This document shows positions 37,988 through 44,982 of a DNA stretch of 44,982 bases, one piece after another. The number at the start of each line of letters is the position of its first letter. Positions within the stretch are counted from its first letter, which is position 1. Location of the stretch: positions 1-44,982 of the forward strand of contig NW_021834864.1 in the NCBI RefSeq assembly GCF_006345805.1. Reading direction: 5' to 3'. The stretch is from Octopus sinensis (taxonomy: Eukaryota). The translations under genes were made by a program, and so were the position numbers. Under the pieces are notes generated by a model that worked only from the letters and a program-made list of their open reading frames with translations, was not told where the DNA came from and did no database searches.

Positions 37988-38156
37988 ATTTCCCAAAAGT
38001 TATCAAAGGAATTTCTAACACGAATGCTCCAAGCGAAAAACATAACGGCCTTTCTACCGTCAAACAAAGCTTTTCAAAATTTCAAGCCCGAAAAATATGG
38101 CTTCCCGTCTGTCTTGGACTACGATTCTTTGAGAACGATAATGAACTATCACATAG
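37988..38156 (+). CDS. Internal coding exon of a FAS1 (fasciclin)-domain protein of the fasciclin I / TGFBI-periostin / stabilin family
   Basis: Acceptor tctctcttttgcag| at 37987 and donor CATAG|gtaagt at 38157. The 169 nt (phase 0 to 1) are open and read ISQKLSKEFLTRMLQAKNITAFLPSNKAFQNFKPEKYGFPSVLDYDSLRTIMNYHI. NITAFLPSNKAF fits the FAS1 H1 motif (T-x-F-x-P-x-N-x-A-F) and LRTIMNYHI fits the L-x-x-I-L-x-Y-H motif at typical spacing. Confidence 0.82.
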
Positions 38157-38362
38157 GTAAGTTCCACTTCATGGTTATAGGTGTTCGAGTAGTGTGGAAG
38201 TGACGGTCAGCAGGTGAGGGCCAAGTTCTGTTTGAATTAACTTTCATGAAAGGTTTTTAAGCAATAACTTCAAATATCTTAGGACTCTTTCCTTGTAAAA
38301 TTCACACACACGCAGACGCACACACGCGCATACAACCAAACACACACATACATATATTTATT

Positions 38363-38539
38363 GAGAAAAAGGAGGTAGTCAGTTAATTCTTTATTAGCGC
38401 TTTCTTTCGTTTAACCAAACTATTCAGGACAAGATTTAAAATCAAATTTTGGTTTTAATTTTTGTCTTGAAGAGTTCGGTTAAATGAACGAAAGCGCTAA
38501 TAAAGAATTACCCAAAATTCTGACTACCTCTTTTTTCTC
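38363..38539. repeat. Fold-back palindrome of about 177 bp
   Basis: GAGGTAGTCAG / CTGACTACCTC and TAATTCTTTATTAGCGCTTTC / GAAAGCGCTAATAAAGAATTA pair, with a minimal central loop near 38446. Confidence 0.92.
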
Positions 38540-38849
38540 TATATACAATATCTGTAAACTACTTCAAACACTATATATGTGTGTGTGTATAAAAAAATGT
38601 CTGTCATTTTATTGCTGCGAAGATATGTTTGAAAATTAGCTTTAACGAACACCAAAAGTTAAGAAACAAAATAAATTGGAAATAGAAAAAACAAGAGAAA
38701 AATAATGCAAAGGAAAATAAATAAAACGAACAAACAAAACGGTAAAACTCTGAAGCGAAGTTCAATGATCTTTGGTGATTCAGTGTAAATAGTACAACAC
38801 TAAACAGGAAATATAGTAACAAAGAGGCTAATATATAAGTGAACGGGGA

Positions 38850-38895
<46 letters not shown>

Positions 38896-39069
38896 CACAC
38901 GATATGCGTGTGTGTATATACTTACAGAATATAAGCATTGTCTGTATAAATATTAAAACACAAACGAATGGGGCGATGTTATATGTATACAACTCTAAAT
39001 GTGCGAGTAGATATTTCTTATGCAAGTGCATATATATGTATGTATAAGTAGGTGTACATGCATACATCC

Positions 39070-39118
<49 letters not shown>

Positions 39119-39654
39119 CGTGTATATGTAAATATAAGTGTGTAAGTATATATGTATTTATATATATGTATGTATACATATATACTTAAAATCTAGATAT
39201 ATAGATACAGACAGACCTACGTGTTTATGCGTATATGCATGTGTGTGTTTACGTGTACACACACACTCATATATATATACACTCACATACATATGTATAT
39301 GCTTCTATGCGTGCATGCATGTATATATATATATGTGTATATATATATATATAATGTGTGTGTGTGTGTATATACACACAAACACACAAACTGAGAGAGA
39401 GTAGTAGAAGTGGCGAGAGACAGCACTGCAACTGCTGGATAATGACAATTGGCGTTTCCGGTTATCATTTAATTCCAACCTCTTAAATAACCATTTATTC
39501 CAAAGTTGACAATCCTAAAGCAGAACAACAAAGAATTCTTTGAAACATTCCTGCAATTACTTGTTGGAAACAGTAAAAGAGTTAGACAACATTATTTTCT
39601 CTTCATGCGGTTAATGCAAACAGAAATACGCATACGCCGCCACACACACACACA

Positions 39655-39705
<51 letters not shown>

Positions 39706-39844
39706 GCGCACACACACACTCACACACACACACACACACATCTGTGTATGTGTATATATATGTATATATATACACATACATACATGTACAATCTTCCTCT
39801 CTCCCCTACACTTATACTTTCATACACACACACACACACATATA

Positions 39845-40055
39845 CGAAGGGTTGCTGAAAAGTTCCTGGCATTGGCTAAAAGAATATACAAGAAGATCAG
39901 TTTATTATTTTATTCAACATAATGCCCTCTCAGATACACTTATTGCATCAGTCCTTCAGTTTTTCGAAGCCCTTTAAAAGAACCCGGACGTTTGAGCTTC
40001 CAAATCAAGCCTTTCCGGATACCTTTAAAGCCAGGAACTTTTCAATACTCTCTCG
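39845..40055. mobile_element. Tc1/mariner-type MITE
   Basis: 26-bp imperfect TIRs CGAAGGGTTGCTGAAAAGTTCCTGGC and GCCAGGAACTTTTCAATACTCTCTCG, with the inner 15 bp perfect. TA precedes the left end and TG follows the right end. No ORF. Confidence 0.78.
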
Positions 40056-40467
40056 TGTGTGCGTGTGTTTGTGTGTGTGCGTATTAATTTATAATTATGT
40101 AATATAATTATATTAAAATGAGTGAATAAATCACACCAAAACGCTAGAAATAGACGCCAAATGGCTTCAAAAACCACATCTATTCTCCGTTCGAACAAGT
40201 TCTTAATGGGCAGACGGAAAAAATATGAATAATATATTTTGAAAGAAGATCGATTTCCGGCTTAAGACCCTTTGCTGTCTTCAGTATAATATTCGAAAGT
40301 ATACAGATGCAAATATTTATACATACACATACGAAGAACATTTCCGCACGACTATATATAGATATACATTTACATTTATACACCAGTAAAAATCTATTTT
40401 TTCTTATCTCAACCACGTGCTTTTATTCTCAAATAATCTCGCAGCGAATGCAATTTGATCAGGAGCA

Positions 40468-40538
<71 letters not shown>

Positions 40539-40710
40539 CATTATATATTATACAAAATTAGGGATAAAACCACTTTAATGACTTTATCAGGTGGCCAGCG
40601 TGAAATAAAATTCTTGTAACAATTTATATTCATTTATAATTATATAATATGATTATATTAAAGGGTGCAGATAGACCCCACCAACTCGCCAAATGGCTTT
40701 ATATATATAT

Positions 40711-40856
40711 GGTGCAGCTAAGCTTGCTTCTCATCCACATGGTTCCGGGTTCAGTCGCACTGCGTGGCACCTTGTACAAGTGCCTTCTACTACAGCCTCG
40801 GGCCGACCAAAGCCTTATGAGTGGATTGGGTAGAGGGAAACTGGAAGAAGCCTGTC

Positions 40857-40862
<6 letters not shown>
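40711..40862 (+). mobile_element. SINE family B, 5' half
   Basis: CCACATGGTTCCGGGTTCAGTCGCACTGCGTGGCACCTTG..GGGCCGACCAAAGCCTT matches the 42270 copy and ends in a TA tract. Confidence 0.85.
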
Positions 40863-40911
<49 letters not shown>

Positions 40912-40974
40912 CATATATATAATATAATCCCGACACGCTTTCTCGGTTTGTTTGTTTTCGTTCCCTCTCCATCT

Positions 40975-41105
40975 CTTTTCTCTCTCGATCTTTTCTGTCG
41001 AAGGACATAGGCTCGAAATGTCAAAACTTTTCCATTCTTCCCGAACGTCAAAATAATACAGCTGCTTGTTGTTTCCTCACCTACCTTCGTTCAATTTTTT
41101 TTTTG
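40975..41105 (+). mobile_element. Short dispersed repeat carrying a degenerate minimal hammerhead-like motif
   Basis: Homologous to 33001-33078; contains CTGTCGA-AGGACATAGGCTC-GAAA-TG-TC. Confidence 0.45.
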
Positions 41106-41710
41106 TAAATTTGCTCTACCCCCCCCCCCCCCCCACCACCACCACGTATGCATATTTAGTGGTGACTGTCTGGAGAAAGGAGTACTCAGTGTGGTGATTA
41201 ACAATAAAGTTATTGGTCGAAGCAGCCGCTTGCTGCTCTGATTTTCGCCTGTGGTTACACGGTGTTTCCGCGCAATCTATTACTGACAAATGGATGAAGC
41301 TTGCACATCTGTATACGGGGTTCCTGTTACAGCGTTTAATGGCCGAGAGAAAATATAAGGAAAGGAGAAAAAGAAATAATAATAAGAAAAAATGGAAGAG
41401 AAAAAGGAAAAGGTGAGATGAGGAAGAGGAACTGGAGCGAGTGTTTTGATAGAAGAGAATGAATTTGGGATAAGTAGGTATCAGAATGGTCAAAGAATAC
41501 AATGGAAGAGAATGCAATAGAAAATATAAGCAGATGAATTAACTCAGGGACCAGTGACGTTCTTTCTTTCTTCCTCTTCTTTCTTCCTCTTTCTTCTTCC
41601 TGTTTTCTTTTCTTCCGTTTCCCTTTCTTTTCTTTCTTTCTTTCTTTCTTTTTGTTTCTTCCGTTTATCACATTTTTTTCTCTACCAGCGCACGTGAGTG
41701 TGTGTGTGTG

Positions 41711-41750
<40 letters not shown>

Positions 41751-42269
41751 GGACAGTTGTCCCTTTCAGTGTCTAACAGTATCTAGCACAACACACGATT
41801 TCACATCAAATATCTTGCGAATCAAATACAAAATTCTTATAACAATAATATCGATTAATCACATCGATATAATACCCAACATTTAATGGATCAGTAAAAT
41901 CGATTAAATCGATATAAATTGTGCTGAATGGCTTCGTTGGTTCCAGGTTGCCAGTGAGGTAATCAGTGGATCATTAAATTTTCGGCAGAGAGGGTGACAA
42001 GGGATGTCTTTTTAAATCGATGCAACACAAATATCACATGGGATTTCAATGGAGGAGCACTGATTTCTTGTTTCCTCACTTTTCGCGCGCGCACGCGCAC
42101 ACACACTACGCAATAGCGCCCTGGTGAAGCGAAATTCTTATCAAATCCAGAGTTCGCCCATACTTGTGAATAATTCTTTCTCCTATAGGAGACAAGTCTT
42201 GGAATTTGGAGTTCGGTGCCCATCGATTACATTGATGATATGATAGTATGATATGATATAATGTAATAT

Positions 42270-42431
42270 CAGGAGTGGCTGTGTGGTAAGTAGCTTGCTT
42301 ATCAACCACATGGTCCCGAGTTGAGTCCCACTGCGTCGCACCTTGGGCAAGTTTCTTGTACTATAGCTTCGGGCCGACCAAAGCCTTGTGAGTGGTTTTG
42401 GTAGACGGAAACTGAAAGAAGCTCGTCGTAT

Positions 42432-42512
<81 letters not shown>

Positions 42513-42744
42513 TGTGTGTGTTGTGTGTGTGTGTGTGGTTTTGTGTGTCTGTGTTGTCTGTCCTCCCACCTTCTCTTGACAACCAGTGTTGTGTGTATAC
42601 ATTTCCGTAAATTAGCGCTTCGGCAAAAGAGATCGATAGATTGAATACTAGGCTTACAAAGAATAGGTCCTGGCGTCGATTTGTTCGACTAAAGGCGGTG
42701 CTACATCATGGCCGCAGTCAAATGACTGAAACAAATAAAAGATA
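42270..42744 (+). mobile_element. Near full-length tRNA-derived SINE (family B) with an internal TA/TG microsatellite
   Basis: Head GGAGTGGCTGTGTGGTAAG..GAGTTGAGTCCC, central CACCTTGGGCAAGT (resembles the CORE-SINE core), tail ..GGCCGCAGTCAAATGACTGAAACAAATAAAAG. Homologous to other copies in this window. Confidence 0.88.
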
Positions 42745-42853
42745 TAATATATATATATATAATACATTATGTGTGTAAGTGTCTTATCGCATTTAATTAC
42801 ATGAAATTTTTCATCTTTAGTATGGTAGTTGTAATTTTAATATTGATGACGAA

Positions 42854-42905
<52 letters not shown>

Positions 42906-43192
42906 TAATAATAATAATGATAATAGCAACAACAATAATAATGCTATTATTGTTATGGATTTTTGTGTTGGGATGCTGTAATGCGACGGATAGAGGAGAT
43001 ATTCATTACAAGACAAACTACAAAACGATGGAGTATGGTCGGCAACGAGGAGGAAGGTGGAACGCTGGATTACATAATACGAAGGACATAAAATTGAAAT
43101 TATGCGGCAAATCTTTAGGTTAGATCATTTGGTCATAAATCTTCATAAAAGAGGACGTAATTCGTTCACAGAGAGGGAGAGAAATCCATACG

Positions 43193-43233
<41 letters not shown>

Positions 43234-44185
43234 ATGCCTCTTTCGTCAGTGTCAACGCTGCGCATTAAACTGTACGCCCAACCAAACTACCTTCTCGTTA
43301 AAGTCCTGTGTAAATGGCGATCTATTTCGCAGATATTTGTCCCCTGAACGTGTTTCTCAGACAGAATCTTCGTAACACAGTGCGTGACAAAGACGATGCT
43401 TTTGAGCTATTGTCAGTCCTTTTGGAATTATTATGTCGCTTATGAAGGAAGAACAACGATTAACTACAAGGCAAAGTGGCAAGAAAGACCCGTGCCAGGA
43501 CCACCATTACGAGAGCGTAAAGGGGGTAATTCGGGTGCGGAATGGAGTGAAGAACGTGATCACTGAATACCGAAAGTACAAGTCCTGCTCTACCAGACAC
43601 CGCAAGGTTCACAGACAGCAGCTGGACCTGAGCTGTGGGCGACTGAAATACAAGAAGACAGAAATGGCCAGTCAGGAGGTCTCTTTAATGATAAGAAGAT
43701 AATTTAGATAAACGATATTACCCAAGATGGGAAAGAAGGACGCAATCAATTGGGAACTGGGAACGCATTGTGACAAGCGATGTATAACATACGACAGCCT
43801 GGTCGATAGAGTGATTCAGCGATGTCCCTTTATGTACCCCGTAGGCACTTGTGTCCCTTAACGTATATCTAAGTCAGAATGTTTCCAATATGGAGTAAGG
43901 AGTGCTGACAAGTCTCACCCTTAAATTAGGGGTGGAATTCATTGAACATGCTCTTACGCAGTTTATGGTCTTGTTTTACTTACAAATTTTGGGCCGACCT
44001 AGGGACTACTATAAATAGCCCTTGACCAGAACGCCAGGCACTGAGATCAAATCAAGACTTTTCAAACGGAAATTGACTTTATTAACCATTCGACTACACT
44101 GTGTCCATGCTTGATAACATTAATCACACTATAACAAGGATTAGGCAGGGGTCAATTGGCAACATTAGCTTTGCGTCTGTTGGAT

Positions 44186-44569
44186 GGGATGATGGTAGCA
44201 CTCCGTCGGTTACGACGACGAGGGTTCCGGTTGATCCGATCAACAGAACAGTCTGCTCGTGTTATTAACGTGTAAGTGGCTGAGCACTCCACAGACACGT
44301 GTACCCTTAACGTAGTTCTCGGGGATATTCAGCGGACACAGAGAGTGACAAGGCGGCCCTTTGAAATACAGGTACAACAGAAACAGGAAGTAAGAGTGAG
44401 AGAAGTTGTTGGAAAGAGTACAGCAGGATCACCACCATCCCTGCCGGAGCCTCGTGGAGCTTTAGGTGTTTTCGCTCAATAAACACTCACAACGCCCGGT
44501 CTGGGAATCGAAACTGCGATCCTACGACCGCGAGTCCGCTGCCCTAACCACTGGGCCATTGCGCCTCCA
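44186..44569 (-). mobile_element. Full-length tRNA-derived SINE (family C) with a 12-bp target-site duplication
   Basis: Minus strand starts GGAGGCGCAATGGCCCAGTGGTTAGGG (A box) and has GTTTCGATTCC (B-box-like). An exact direct repeat CGTCTGTTGGAT lies at 44174-44185 and 44570-44581. Confidence 0.9.
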
Positions 44570-44699
44570 CGTCTGTTGGATATAATGCAATACAACTCCG
44601 TTAAACAACCCCGAATCACATAGATGATACACACACAATAACATGCGCCTGCACGCACGTTCTTATGTGCTTGGGTAAGCGGGTTTTGTATAAAAATAA

Positions 44700-44832
44700 A
44701 CATAGTAATAACACAATAATCCCAACACCTTGTATATTGAGGACTATACTTTCGGGTGCGTACTTTGCTTTTTCAGACAGTAGGATATGATTTGAAGGAG
44801 ATTTAGTTGCTATTTCTAGCATTTCGAGCAGA
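44700..44832 (+). mobile_element. Dispersed repeat family D fragment
   Basis: GAGGACTATAC..TTTGAAGGAGATTTAGTTGCTATTTCTAGCA. Confidence 0.5.
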
Positions 44833-44982
44833 AAGGCATACTCTTCTCATGATATATTCTCGAACATTTAATATTGATTTTTAAATTATTCTTATTTTTA
44901 ATTAGTTCTTCACAATTTTCCAAACCACATTTAAATGTCAAGATGGTGTATATAGACTTTTATAGTCTTGTCTGAAAGAAAG

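Noticed and set aside
41116-41517. IDCAETPCNH resemblance to an EGF repeat start
   Set aside because: Remaining cysteines are missing, there is no good donor, and it is on the opposite strand to the FAS1 exon.
44490-44569. tRNA gene
   Set aside because: The tRNA-like A and B boxes belong to a SINE head continuing into a body with TSDs; the same applies to families A and B.

Overview
Eukaryotic, AT-rich DNA saturated with microsatellites and almost entirely non-coding. The SINE types and repeat density suggest a coleoid cephalopod, probably Octopus (inference from recalled repeat families, not a search). Nearly all ORFs in the supplied track are translations of simple repeats. One coding exon is convincing: 37988-38156 (+), encoding the H1-to-YH part of a FAS1 (fasciclin) domain, so much of the window is probably intron or flank of a fasciclin-domain gene. 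The rest comprises three decayed LINE 3' ends (L1/Tx1-like, RTE-like, R4/Dong-like), three tRNA-head SINE families plus a fourth dispersed repeat, mariner and hAT MITEs, five mutually unrelated fold-back palindromes, and hammerhead-ribozyme-like relics. I found no rRNA, true tRNA gene or CRISPR array, and cannot demonstrate a complete new system. Best leads: (1) a 22-bp cassette flanked by a GTG duplication at two AGTGA sites 9.8 kb apart, one copy interrupting a LINE reading frame; (2) a 92-bp near-perfect direct repeat bracketing a 324-bp palindrome; (3) hammerhead-like cores; (4) dense long hairpins that could be ADAR or small-RNA substrates. All alignments were done by eye and boundaries are approximate unless stated.
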